Source: a virus (lineage: Duplodnaviria > Caudoviricetes). From it: a stretch of DNA of 64,000 nucleotides. The notes beneath the pieces are model-generated. The model was not told where the DNA came from and did not search any database. It saw nothing but the letters and a program-made list of their open reading frames with translations. A program made the translations under genes and the position numbers. Numbering within the stretch: position 1 is the first letter of the stretch; every line of letters begins with the position of its first letter. This document shows positions 48,171 to 57,842 of this stretch, piece after piece. The stretch covers positions 32,001 through 96,000 of IMG/VR virus record IMGVR_UViG_3300029288_001928; one strand, 5' to 3'.

Positions 48171-48824
48171 ATGGATTTTAAATCTTATATTAGTAAACTA
48201 CCAGAAATAAAATTGACAATTGCATTGGACATGGATGGTGTTCTTTGTGATTTTGCTGGAGCATTTCAAAAAATAGCAAAAACAAAATTAATGCCAAATG
48301 AATATGAAGACAAATATGGATCTGATGAATTTTGGGATATTGTTACAAAAGGAGAAAAAGAATTTTGGTCTAATATGGACTGGATGCCTGACGGTAAAGT
48401 GTTATGGAATTATGTTAAAAGATATAATCCAATAATAATTTCAGCACCATCAAAAATAAATGCTGAAAATTGTGTTGGTGGAAAAGTTCAATGGTTAAAA
48501 AAGAATATTCCACAACTAGATCCTTTAAACTATTCTTTAAGTTTTAAAGATACCAATGTAAGAGTCTATTTTAGTTCCGATAAATATCAATTTATAATGC
48601 AAAATAAAGATTTAAAATATTTGCGTGGCGAATATAAGACCAGATTGCGTAGAAAAGAGAATGTTGATGATTTATTTAATGCTATATCAAAACTTGAAAG
48701 ATCATTTATTTTAATTGATGATACTGATAAAAAAATAGATATGTGGAATAAAGCTGGTGGTGTTGGTATTCTACATACATCAGCAAACGAAACCATCTCT
48801 CAATTACAATCATTAGGAATTTAA
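48171..48824 (+). CDS. 5'(3')-deoxyribonucleotidase-like HAD protein
   Basis: LDMDGVLCDF, GKVQWL, ILIDD, W.KAGGVGILH. Confidence 0.8.
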   Translation: MDFKSYISKLPEIKLTIALDMDGVLCDFAGAFQKIAKTKLMPNEYEDKYGSDEFWDIVTKGEKEFWSNMDWMPDGKVLWNYVKRYNPIIISAPSKINAENCVGGKVQWLKKNIPQLDPLNYSLSFKDTNVRVYFSSDKYQFIMQNKDLKYLRGEYKTRLRRKENVDDLFNAISKLERSFILIDDTDKKIDMWNKAGGVGILHTSANETISQLQSLGI

Positions 48825-48826
48825 AT

Positions 48827-49474
48827 TTGAATAAAGAAGAAGCAATAAAGACTTTATATAAGTCCATCGAAACATATACATTAAATCTTCAATATTTGTA
48901 TTCTTCTGTTTTGGAAAAGAAATTAGAAGATGCAGATTTTAATATATTTAAAGATGATAATCATAAAATATCATCTGAAATATTCCTTTTTATTGTAAAA
49001 CGTGTATATTTAGGATTATCACAGGAAGAACAGAAAGAATTAATTTTATTATCAATGAAGCATTCATCTGATATGAAAGATAGCGCAGAATCAACATTTA
49101 ATATAATAGATGATTCTGTATTAAATATTATTGATATGTTACATAATACTCCATCGGAAGAATATATTTCTGATATGACAACGTTTGTAAATACTTTGGT
49201 AAATGGTTTAATAGATAGCGTATATAAAAGAATAGAAAATATACCTGATAGATTATTTAAAAAGATAGTTTTAAACTTTTTCAGACCAGATGTAAATGTT
49301 ATTAATATTATAAGATCCATATTTACGATTGATGTATCAGATGCAGAATTAGATACATACAATAATATGGAAGAAAGCAAATTACTAGCAGAATTAATTA
49401 ATGCTTATGCTACAGGAAATATTAAAACCGTTAAAATAATAAGCAAAATTTTGGATGATAGAAGGAATAAATAA
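48827..49474 (+). CDS. Hypothetical protein
   Basis: ORF. Confidence 0.5.
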   Translation: MNKEEAIKTLYKSIETYTLNLQYLYSSVLEKKLEDADFNIFKDDNHKISSEIFLFIVKRVYLGLSQEEQKELILLSMKHSSDMKDSAESTFNIIDDSVLNIIDMLHNTPSEEYISDMTTFVNTLVNGLIDSVYKRIENIPDRLFKKIVLNFFRPDVNVINIIRSIFTIDVSDAELDTYNNMEESKLLAELINAYATGNIKTVKIISKILDDRRNK

Positions 49475-49479
49475 TATAC

Positions 49480-50826
49480 ATGTTGAATTTAAATGATTTA
49501 AAACAAAAATTAAATGAAGTATTTGAGACGGATATTCCGTCTTTACATAAAAAATTAGTCGAAATGGTTAAAAAATGGAATGGTAAAATCTATCTTGTTG
49601 GTGGTGCAGTAAGAGACGAAATTATGGGATATGAATCCAAAGATATGGATTATGTTGTAACTGGAATTGAAAGAAATAAATTAAAGGAAGAATTATTAAA
49701 AACTCTACCAGGATCAAAAGTTAATGAGGCTGGTGCTAATTTTGGTATAGTGATTGTAAATATTGGTGATGATCAATTTGAATTTGCTTTACCAAGATCC
49801 GATATAGATCGTGATACTGTAAAAACAAATCCTAATTTATCAATTGAAGAAGATTTATTAAGAAGAGATTTTACAATAAATGCAATTGCAAAAGATCTTG
49901 AAACCGGAAAATTAATTACTGCACCCAATTACAATGGAATTGATGATATAAAAAATAAAATATTACGAACTGTAGGAGATGCAAATAAAAGATTTAAAGA
50001 AGATGGATTACGAATTTTGAGATTAATTCAATTTTCTGCCAGATTTGGGTTTAAAATAGACCCATATACATTAAATGCAGTCAAAACAAATATTGATTTG
50101 TTATCATCCGTTTCCAAAGAAAGATTTAAAGAGGAATTCAAAAAAGGATGGGTAAAAGGGTGTCGAGATACAAATACATTTTTTTATTTATTAAAAGAAA
50201 CTGGAATAGGAAATATGATTTTTGGAAAAGATTTTAATCCAATTCCATTAAATATTAAAGAATTTTCAGAAAATGATGCGTTTATTATTCAAAATATTGG
50301 CGCTTTTATTAACGGAGGAAATTTTGAAGTTGTTAATATTTCAAAAAAAGACAAACATCCAATAATTTTATCAATAATATTAAAAGATGTTTTAGAAAAT
50401 AAATTTGATTTAGAAAAATCAAAACAAATTTATAAAATATTTAATGAAAATATTAATTATGTATTAAATGCGTTTAATATAATTGATAAAAAATTATTTA
50501 AAGAATTAAAAAAATATTTAAAAACTCCTTGTATGCCTTTTATTGGAGACACATATAAATCTTGGATGTTACCAGTTAAAGGCGAAGAAATACTTAAATT
50601 TTCTGAAGAAAATGGAATTGTATTAACTGGTAGTTCTATAGGTAAAATTATAGACGAATTAATTTTATCATATCAAAACAAAAAAATAAAAATAAACAAT
50701 GATTTATCAAAATCAAAAGAAATAGTAAAAAATTATTTATTAACAAATATATTTCAGACTAAAAATATAAAAGATTCTATAAATTTAGAAATTCTTAAAG
50801 AAAGAATGAGAAATATTTTAAGATAA
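49480..50826 (+). CDS. cca: tRNA nucleotidyltransferase (CCA-adding, class II)
   Basis: YLVGGAVRD..DMD, EDLLRRDFTINAIA, RFKEDGLRILR. Confidence 0.92.
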   Translation: MLNLNDLKQKLNEVFETDIPSLHKKLVEMVKKWNGKIYLVGGAVRDEIMGYESKDMDYVVTGIERNKLKEELLKTLPGSKVNEAGANFGIVIVNIGDDQFEFALPRSDIDRDTVKTNPNLSIEEDLLRRDFTINAIAKDLETGKLITAPNYNGIDDIKNKILRTVGDANKRFKEDGLRILRLIQFSARFGFKIDPYTLNAVKTNIDLLSSVSKERFKEEFKKGWVKGCRDTNTFFYLLKETGIGNMIFGKDFNPIPLNIKEFSENDAFIIQNIGAFINGGNFEVVNISKKDKHPIILSIILKDVLENKFDLEKSKQIYKIFNENINYVLNAFNIIDKKLFKELKKYLKTPCMPFIGDTYKSWMLPVKGEEILKFSEENGIVLTGSSIGKIIDELILSYQNKKIKINNDLSKSKEIVKNYLLTNIFQTKNIKDSINLEILKERMRNILR

Positions 50827-50852
50827 AAATATTAATTTTATATTTGACCGAT

Positions 50853-51743
50853 TTAATTCATATTTAATATATTTTTTATTTGTTCTTTAATGTTTTTAAA
50901 ATTATTATTGATATCATATTCCCAAAAAAACATAAAATTTATTTTATTTTCCTCTAAAAATTGTTTTTTTCTATTGTCTCGTATAATATTATTTAATTGC
51001 ATTTTGTTTAATATTTTATTTTCATATTTTAAAGGATTTGCATGATAATAATCCCCAAAACATTCTAATACTAAATTATGGGCTGGGAAATAAAAATCAT
51101 AAATAAATTTTCCGTGTGGATATTGAAAGAAAAAATCTTTTTCTAATACAAGATGTAAATCGTTTAATAAATAATTTTTTATTTTAATTTCAATTGAAGT
51201 ATTTTTTTTATTAATATTCATTAAATGGATATTTTTTATTAACATAGTTATTTGTCTATTTTTTTCTTCTTCTGGTAAATTTTTCCAATATAATTTTTTT
51301 CGTACTTTAGCTTTTTCTGATATATTCATTAATATTTCATTATCGTCTTTTGTTTTTCCTTTACACCAAGAATCTTTGCCGTACATTGGATTATTAGATC
51401 CAGAGAGATTTGGTAAGGTTCCGTCTTTAAACATTTGTATTCTTATTTTTGATATTTTTTCTGATGAATTTTTTAAAATACTATTATTTTCTTTTGTTTG
51501 TCCGTTAGACCATGATTTTTTTCCATACATTCCATTTTTTTCTCCAGATAATGCAAACCTTTTAGATTTAAATATTTGTTCCTTTGTACATTTTAAATTT
51601 AAAAATTTTAATTTCTTTTTTATTGAATTATATCCTCTATTTAAAATTATGCAAATTTCATTTTTTGTTTTACCCTCTATAACAAATAATTTAATTAATT
51701 CTTCCTCTTCTTCTTTAGTCCATTTTTTATATTCTTTTCTCAT
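50853..51743 (-). CDS. Homing-endonuclease-like protein (NUMOD3-like repeats plus a Vsr/DUF559 domain)
   Basis: GEKNGMYGK and GSNNPMYGK; TSIE...YDFY...LECFGDYYH...RDNRK. Confidence 0.75.
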   Translation of the reverse strand: MRKEYKKWTKEEEEELIKLFVIEGKTKNEICIILNRGYNSIKKKLKFLNLKCTKEQIFKSKRFALSGEKNGMYGKKSWSNGQTKENNSILKNSSEKISKIRIQMFKDGTLPNLSGSNNPMYGKDSWCKGKTKDDNEILMNISEKAKVRKKLYWKNLPEEEKNRQITMLIKNIHLMNINKKNTSIEIKIKNYLLNDLHLVLEKDFFFQYPHGKFIYDFYFPAHNLVLECFGDYYHANPLKYENKILNKMQLNNIIRDNRKKQFLEENKINFMFFWEYDINNNFKNIKEQIKNILNMN

Positions 51744-51853
51744 TAATTGCTCCTTATTGTTCTTAGTATTCTATATGGTACTTTTATTTATATACAAAAT
51801 TAATTTTTTATTAAAATATGTTAATATATAAGTTATAAATAATATTAGTTATT

Positions 51854-53020
51854 ATGGAGATAAATATGTCAAATTTTCAAGATCGCATCAGAAAATTCAT
51901 GCGTGGAGACTATGAAAAGTTTGAACAGGTCGAAACGGAAGAAAAATTAAAGAATGTAAGTGCTTGTATTAAAGCATTTAAGACAAAATTATCAGATGCT
52001 ATTGATGCAATGAAAGTTGCTAAAGAAAATGCTATTGTTCCGTTAACAGAAAGTCTTGAAAAGTTTAATTCTATTATAAATGATGTTAAAAAGACAAAGA
52101 AAATAGAAGTAATTTCAGAAACAATTAATAAAATTAATGTAATGCTGCAAGTTGAATGTGATAAAGACCAAATTGCCGAAATAAATAGAACTTTAAATAT
52201 TATTAAAGAAAATTTTGATCTTGCTCTAAAAGAGGCTGGATTAGATGATACGGTTTTAAATCCTGTAAAGAAAATTAGAATATCATATGAAACCTGGACA
52301 GACAAAGATGTAGAATCAGGCGACACCGATGATAAAGGGTGGGAAAATGAAGAAGGTGTTGATATTAAAGATGTTGATGATGCTATACAGTTTTTAAAAT
52401 CAGAAGGTGTTGTACATTCATCAAGTTCACAATTCCATCCTGGCGTTTGGTATAGTTCAGAAACTGATATGCAGACTCATGAACGTACTATAAGAAGTTT
52501 CCATTTAGATGGATTTACCGACGAAGAACAAAAACAGATTTATGATAGTATTAATAAAATGAGTGAAGACGTTGATACATCTGCAATAGATCCTGCATCT
52601 GTTGATTTAAAAGCATCTATTCCTACAGAAGAAGATCCACTAGCAGTAGTAGAAGAATCTAATCATGACGCTATTCCTGGTGTAGAATTGGGTGATGTTG
52701 GTAAAGAATTAAATGCAACAGAAGATAAAGAAAAACTACCAACCCCAGAAGATCCAGTAAGCCAACACGAAAAAGATGTAAAACTTAGTGCATATGAAGA
52801 AGGATTTAATAAAGCTAAAGTCTTGTGGGAAAAGGGAATTTCTTCTAAGAAAATAGCACAGCAATTAGCAGAGACAGAATTATCAAATAGACCATATAAT
52901 TATGTTATGAGATTCCAAGAAGGATTTTTAGCAGGATGTACATTCCAAGAGGAATATATGCGCGACACAAATCCTACATTATTTGAAGAAGATGATATAG
53001 TTGATACCGAAGAAAAATAA
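51854..53020 (+). CDS. Acidic late protein (probable head-internal or scaffold-like)
   Basis: Late promoter; several L/I-x-E sites. Confidence 0.5.
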   Translation: MEINMSNFQDRIRKFMRGDYEKFEQVETEEKLKNVSACIKAFKTKLSDAIDAMKVAKENAIVPLTESLEKFNSIINDVKKTKKIEVISETINKINVMLQVECDKDQIAEINRTLNIIKENFDLALKEAGLDDTVLNPVKKIRISYETWTDKDVESGDTDDKGWENEEGVDIKDVDDAIQFLKSEGVVHSSSSQFHPGVWYSSETDMQTHERTIRSFHLDGFTDEEQKQIYDSINKMSEDVDTSAIDPASVDLKASIPTEEDPLAVVEESNHDAIPGVELGDVGKELNATEDKEKLPTPEDPVSQHEKDVKLSAYEEGFNKAKVLWEKGISSKKIAQQLAETELSNRPYNYVMRFQEGFLAGCTFQEEYMRDTNPTLFEEDDIVDTEEK

Positions 53021-53110
53021 TTTGACTTTCAAAAACAACCAATTATAATATTAACTATAAAGTCATGCCGACTTTATAGTTATTTTTTACCCATTTAGGA
53101 GAAATGAATT

Positions 53111-53635
53111 TTGGCCATCAATAAGTATTTTAATGATCGTCCTGTAAAGAAAAAGGACACAAATCCTATTAATAATGCAATTAAAGCATCACAAGTTCGA
53201 TTAATAGATGAAACAGGTAATAATGTAGGTATCGTATCTACAAAAGATGCGTTAAATAGAGCAAGAAACTGCGAATTAGACCTAGTTGAAGTATCTCCAG
53301 GAAATCCACCTGTTTGTAAGATAATGAATTATGGTAAATATCTATATGAGCAAGCAAAAAGCAAAAAGAATGCATCTAAAGCAGCAAAACATGATGATAA
53401 AGAAATCCAATTAAGACCAAGTATTGGATTTCATGATCTTGAAATAAAAGCAAGAAAAGCAAAAGAATTCCTTGAAGATGGTCGCAAAGTAAATATTGTA
53501 TTTAAATTCCAAGGAAGAGAAAATCAACATAAAGATATTGCTGTTGATGTAATGAATAAGTTTTATGATATTATTAAAGATGTCGCTAAATTAGAAAGAC
53601 GTGGAGATAATTTCATACTTCTTCCGAATATTTGA
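53111..53635 (+). CDS. infC: Translation initiation factor IF-3
   Basis: INNAI...VRLIDE.G...LDLVEVSP..PPVCKIMNYGKYLYE...KEI..RP.I..HD...FQGRE. Confidence 0.93.
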   Translation: MAINKYFNDRPVKKKDTNPINNAIKASQVRLIDETGNNVGIVSTKDALNRARNCELDLVEVSPGNPPVCKIMNYGKYLYEQAKSKKNASKAAKHDDKEIQLRPSIGFHDLEIKARKAKEFLEDGRKVNIVFKFQGRENQHKDIAVDVMNKFYDIIKDVAKLERRGDNFILLPNI

Positions 53636-53659
53636 ATTAATATTTAGAATTGTTTTAAA

Positions 53660-53690
53660 GAAATCCTCCTGATAAACAGGGGGATTTTTT
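53660..53690 (+). terminator. Intrinsic terminator
   Basis: aaatcctcctg-ataaa-cagggggatttttt. Confidence 0.75.
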
Positions 53691-53716
53691 GTATAAATAT
53701 GTTTGAGGTATAAGAT

Positions 53717-54652
53717 ATGGAAAATGGATTTAGAAACAATTTACAAAAGATTTTTGAATCTTTTAGCCTTAGAAATGGTTATGGTACAAAACAAATGCCT
53801 GTTATAGGTGCAGATTACAAAGAAGAACCTATTAAAGATGTTTATAAAAATGAAGATGAACAAAATACAGAAAAGGTTTTAAATATTTTAAACGATTTAT
53901 TAGTTAAAGTCCAAGGAAATATAGAAGCACAAAATCTTATAAGTCAAGCAAAAAATATATTAACTGGTAATGTTTCGCCAGTAGTAGGACAACCACAAGA
54001 ACCAGAAAATCCAGAAGAAATTAATGAACAAGCATGTCCAAACCAATTGCCAATAGAACAACCTACTATACCCATATCAGTTGATAATGAACCACAAGAA
54101 TATAATGAAAGAAACGATACGCAATCTGAAATTGCAAGTTTATTAGTAACTATTGGTCATATTTTACATTCTGATAGATTAATTCCAAATAAATTTGATA
54201 TTCCTTTTATTTTAAAATATTTAAACCAGACATTTGCAAATCAATCTCCTGAAAATATACAATCATTATATGAATCTTTGCAAGAAGGAAAATTTGGTAA
54301 AGCATTGTCTGGATTGGGAATTGCTGCCGCATCATTGGCATCTTCTCAATCAGCACCAGCCGCAGAAAAACATATGCCAACAACTGAACCAATTAGACAA
54401 GAAACTGTTGTAGATGCGAATTTAGACACACAAACATCAATTCAAATTAGAGTTGGTGCTAATAAATTAAGCAAAACATTAGTACAAGGTTCTAGAGAAC
54501 AATCAATGCTAGCAAATAGATTATCTGTATTGGGGGCTGGTGTGGCTTCTAAAAAAATATCAGTAGAAGATGCAACAAATAATATTTTAAAAGCAGTTCC
54601 ATCTCTAGAATCACAAAGAAATAATATTATAAAATACTTTAGATCTATTTGA
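53717..54652 (+). CDS. Hypothetical late protein
   Basis: LQKIFE N-terminal motif; LQE|GKFGKAL.GLGIAA. Confidence 0.55.
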   Translation: MENGFRNNLQKIFESFSLRNGYGTKQMPVIGADYKEEPIKDVYKNEDEQNTEKVLNILNDLLVKVQGNIEAQNLISQAKNILTGNVSPVVGQPQEPENPEEINEQACPNQLPIEQPTIPISVDNEPQEYNERNDTQSEIASLLVTIGHILHSDRLIPNKFDIPFILKYLNQTFANQSPENIQSLYESLQEGKFGKALSGLGIAAASLASSQSAPAAEKHMPTTEPIRQETVVDANLDTQTSIQIRVGANKLSKTLVQGSREQSMLANRLSVLGAGVASKKISVEDATNNILKAVPSLESQRNNIIKYFRSI

Positions 54653-54701
54653 AATTGATAGGATCTGTGATATAATAGTGTACTTTAATAAGAGGTACAC
54701 T

Positions 54702-55511
54702 ATGCGAGGAATCATATTATCTGGTGGAAAAGGTACTAGAATTGCCCCTTTTACACTATCAACAAATAAACATTTAGCACCAATTTACACTTATCATCAA
54801 GGTGCAGTACCTTGTATATATTACCCAATAAATACGCTTGTAAATAGTGGTATTCATGATATTTTAATTATTACATCTACAGAACATTCAGGTCATATAA
54901 TTGAAACATTAAAAGATGGAGAAAAGTTTAATGCGGATTTCACATATAAGATTCAAGTAACAGACAATCCAACAAAACCTCTTGGAATTGCTTCTGCTTT
55001 AAAATTAGCACAAAATTATACAAATGATGATAAGTTTGCAGTTATCCTTGGAGATAACTTTTTTGAAGACAATTTTACTGCCCCAATAAACGATTTTAAA
55101 AATCGTACAGATATATCTGCATCTGTATTCATCAAACAAGTACCAGATCCAGAAAGATTTGGCGTAGCGACTATAAATGGTTTATATGAACATAACGAAT
55201 TCATAACGGCATCTGTTAAAGACATTATAGAGAAACCAAAAGAACCAAAATCAAATTATGCAGTAACAGGATTATATCTTTATACTCCTGATGTTTATAA
55301 TCAATTACCTAATTTAATAGTAAGTAATAGAAATGAATTAGAAATATCTCATATAAATGATTTTTATGCTAAAAACAATCAATTAATATGTTATTTATTA
55401 AATGGTTATTGGTCAGATATGGGATTATCAGAAAGTATGATTAAAACTACAGAATTTATAAATAGTAGAAAATATAAATATAATTTTGAGAAAAATAATG
55501 CCATATTATAA
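54702..55511 (+). CDS. rmlA: Glucose-1-phosphate thymidylyltransferase-like
   Basis: GIILSGGKGTR.P.T...NKHL.P, LGDN, DPERFGVA, EKP..PKSNYAVTGLYLY, RNELEI. Confidence 0.88.
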   Translation: MRGIILSGGKGTRIAPFTLSTNKHLAPIYTYHQGAVPCIYYPINTLVNSGIHDILIITSTEHSGHIIETLKDGEKFNADFTYKIQVTDNPTKPLGIASALKLAQNYTNDDKFAVILGDNFFEDNFTAPINDFKNRTDISASVFIKQVPDPERFGVATINGLYEHNEFITASVKDIIEKPKEPKSNYAVTGLYLYTPDVYNQLPNLIVSNRNELEISHINDFYAKNNQLICYLLNGYWSDMGLSESMIKTTEFINSRKYKYNFEKNNAIL

Positions 55512-56076
55512 AAATAAAGAAGATTTTGTACAACCTATAACTATATCTGGTAAACGTTATATTGTAAAACCAGGAGAAGTTATATTTTCTGAAAGAGATT
55601 TAGATACTAAAATATATTCATTTCTTGAAAAAACAACAGAAAAAACTCAAACAAAATTAATAGCTTTAAAATCAAATTCACAACAACCAAATAAAGAAAT
55701 AGAAACATTAAAAAATATTTTTAATAATTCAATAAAAGATATAACAGATAAACTAGAAAAAACAGTAACAAGAGAACAACTTATTGGTGCAATAAATGAA
55801 GTTTTAAAAGAAACTCCTAAAATTGAACAAGAAGAATTAGAATCCCTTGCAGCAGATGTAATAAAATTAAAAGAAACTCTTGAACATATATCAGATGATA
55901 GTATAATAGTACAGTTGACAAATTCTGTTGATGATATTAAAAATAATCAGGAAATCATATTTAAAAGATTGGATATTTTAAAACAAGTTTTACAAAATAT
56001 TGAATCTGTTATATATGAATCAGAAGAATATGTTATAACCGACGATGAAAAAGGAGATGAAAATGCCACTGTATGA
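55498..56076 (+). CDS. Hypothetical coiled-coil protein
   Basis: ORF. Confidence 0.5.
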   Translation: MPYYKNKEDFVQPITISGKRYIVKPGEVIFSERDLDTKIYSFLEKTTEKTQTKLIALKSNSQQPNKEIETLKNIFNNSIKDITDKLEKTVTREQLIGAINEVLKETPKIEQEELESLAADVIKLKETLEHISDDSIIVQLTNSVDDIKNNQEIIFKRLDILKQVLQNIESVIYESEEYVITDDEKGDENATV

Positions 56077-56254
56077 TTATGAGTGTGAAAAGTGTAAAAA
56101 TGTACAAGAAGAATTGCATAGTATGAATGGTCCTAGTTATGAAATTGTCTGTAAAAAGTGTAAAAGTAATAAAATGAAAAAATGTTTATCAAGACCTGGA
56201 ATGTTTTTATTTGCTCATAAAGTTCCAAAACCACCTACTGGAGAACAAGAGTGA
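56063..56254 (+). CDS. FmdB-family zinc ribbon protein
   Basis: MPLYDYECEKC...CKKCKS..MKK.LS. Confidence 0.8.
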   Translation: MPLYDYECEKCKNVQEELHSMNGPSYEIVCKKCKSNKMKKCLSRPGMFLFAHKVPKPPTGEQE

Positions 56255-56556
56255 CAATTGCTATTACTGGAAGGTTTATTGCCCGATTGGGGGATAAATC
56301 TGATCATGGTGGTGTTATTATAACAGCAGATCCAGTAACATTAATTAACGGTATTCCTGCTGCACGTATTGGAGATTTGCATGCATGTCCGCAATATTGG
56401 GGTGACACTCCTCATGGAACAAGACCAATAATTCCTATTGGATGTTTAAGCAATCGTGGTATAATGTATGGTCGAATAATGGCATTAGAAGATGATATGA
56501 CGACATGTGGTGCTAAAATAAAACCAACGCAGGATATAGGTGCATCTAATTGCTAA
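56251..56556 (+). CDS. PAAR-repeat spike tip protein
   Basis: ARLGDKSDHGG...INGIPAARIGDLHACP...HG...CGA. Confidence 0.9.
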   Translation: MTIAITGRFIARLGDKSDHGGVIITADPVTLINGIPAARIGDLHACPQYWGDTPHGTRPIIPIGCLSNRGIMYGRIMALEDDMTTCGAKIKPTQDIGASNC

Positions 56557-56557
56557 T

Positions 56558-57562
56558 TCATAATAATTTTTCTAAAGGAAGATATATAAAATATTTTTTA
56601 TATGCATCATCAAATTCGTTATATATTTCTTCCAAAATCAATTTATATTCATTATAAAATTTTTGTTTAAGAAGTATTCTTATTTGTTTAAGTTCTTTAT
56701 AATTTTCTGATCTGTCTTTCATATTTAATGCATGAGAACCTATAATAATATTATTATATGAATTATCTGATTTTATGTCATTTATATGTAATATACATGT
56801 ATTTTTATCATATTTATATTCATTATATTTTGTAAGTGCCATAAAATAATGAACGTTATACGATTTTCCATGATATACACAACGAGGATATCTTTTACAT
56901 ACTAATGATTTATGTATTGTAATATTTAAATATTTTTTATTAAAATCATCATATATTTTATTTCCATCAATAGATATATATAGTTTATAAAATCCAGAAA
57001 TTTTCAAAAATTGTTCATTATTGAATAAAAAAATTTTATTTTTTGGAATCTTCTGGTTATTCTTCAAATAATATTTTTCTGGTATTTTTAATTCATTAAT
57101 TAAAAATTTAAATTTTTCACAAATTTTTAAAACTATTAATTTATTTAATTCTGTATTAATTCCAAAAATTTTTGTATTATAATTTTGTGAACTCCATGAC
57201 AAATTATTAATTTCATTATTTAATTGATTATCATCATAATGAATACATACATCTTTTTTATTAGATTTTAATCCATTAAAAGTTTCTAATATCAAACTAG
57301 AAACAGTTTTTACTATTCTATGTTCTGACGTAGTAACTGTTATAATTTCTTTTTTCTCTATTTTATTTAAATTGATATTTAAAGATATAAAAAATGAATC
57401 ATATTTTTTTATAATAATTTTTATATTATTTTTATTAAAAAAGTATCCTTTATAAATTGGATGTTCTTTAAAATATATTGAGTTATACATAATATTAGTT
57501 TGATCTATTATTACTATATCTTTTGTTATAATAGGCATATTTCTAAATATTTTCTTTTCCAT
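56558..57562 (-). CDS. HNH homing-endonuclease-like protein (two HNH-like halves)
   Basis: CIHYDDNQLNNEINNLSW and ILHINDIKSDNSYNNI.IGSHALN. Confidence 0.65.
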   Translation of the reverse strand: MEKKIFRNMPIITKDIVIIDQTNIMYNSIYFKEHPIYKGYFFNKNNIKIIIKKYDSFFISLNINLNKIEKKEIITVTTSEHRIVKTVSSLILETFNGLKSNKKDVCIHYDDNQLNNEINNLSWSSQNYNTKIFGINTELNKLIVLKICEKFKFLINELKIPEKYYLKNNQKIPKNKIFLFNNEQFLKISGFYKLYISIDGNKIYDDFNKKYLNITIHKSLVCKRYPRCVYHGKSYNVHYFMALTKYNEYKYDKNTCILHINDIKSDNSYNNIIIGSHALNMKDRSENYKELKQIRILLKQKFYNEYKLILEEIYNEFDDAYKKYFIYLPLEKLL

Positions 57563-57731
57563 TTAAAAAATCCTTTATATTTTTTTCTGATATTATAATT
57601 TTTCGGTTGCTAATTCTGTTACATTTTAATTGATTATGGTTTATCCAATTATGTATTGTTTGTACACTTTTATTAAATATAATAGAAATTTCTTTTATAT
57701 TATAATATTTTTCATTATCAATAATAATCAT
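57543..57731 (-). CDS. MerR/excisionase-like HTH protein
   Basis: YNIKEISIIFNKSVQTIHNWI...L. Confidence 0.75.
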   Translation of the reverse strand: MIIIDNEKYYNIKEISIIFNKSVQTIHNWINHNQLKCNRISNRKIIISEKNIKDFLNGKENI

Positions 57732-57842
57732 TTTTATCTCCTGTATGTGTATATTTATAAAATTATATCAAAATATATAAAATTATTTGAAAGTTGTTAA
57801 AAAAATAGTATAATAGTATATTACAATATGAAAGGGTAATAC

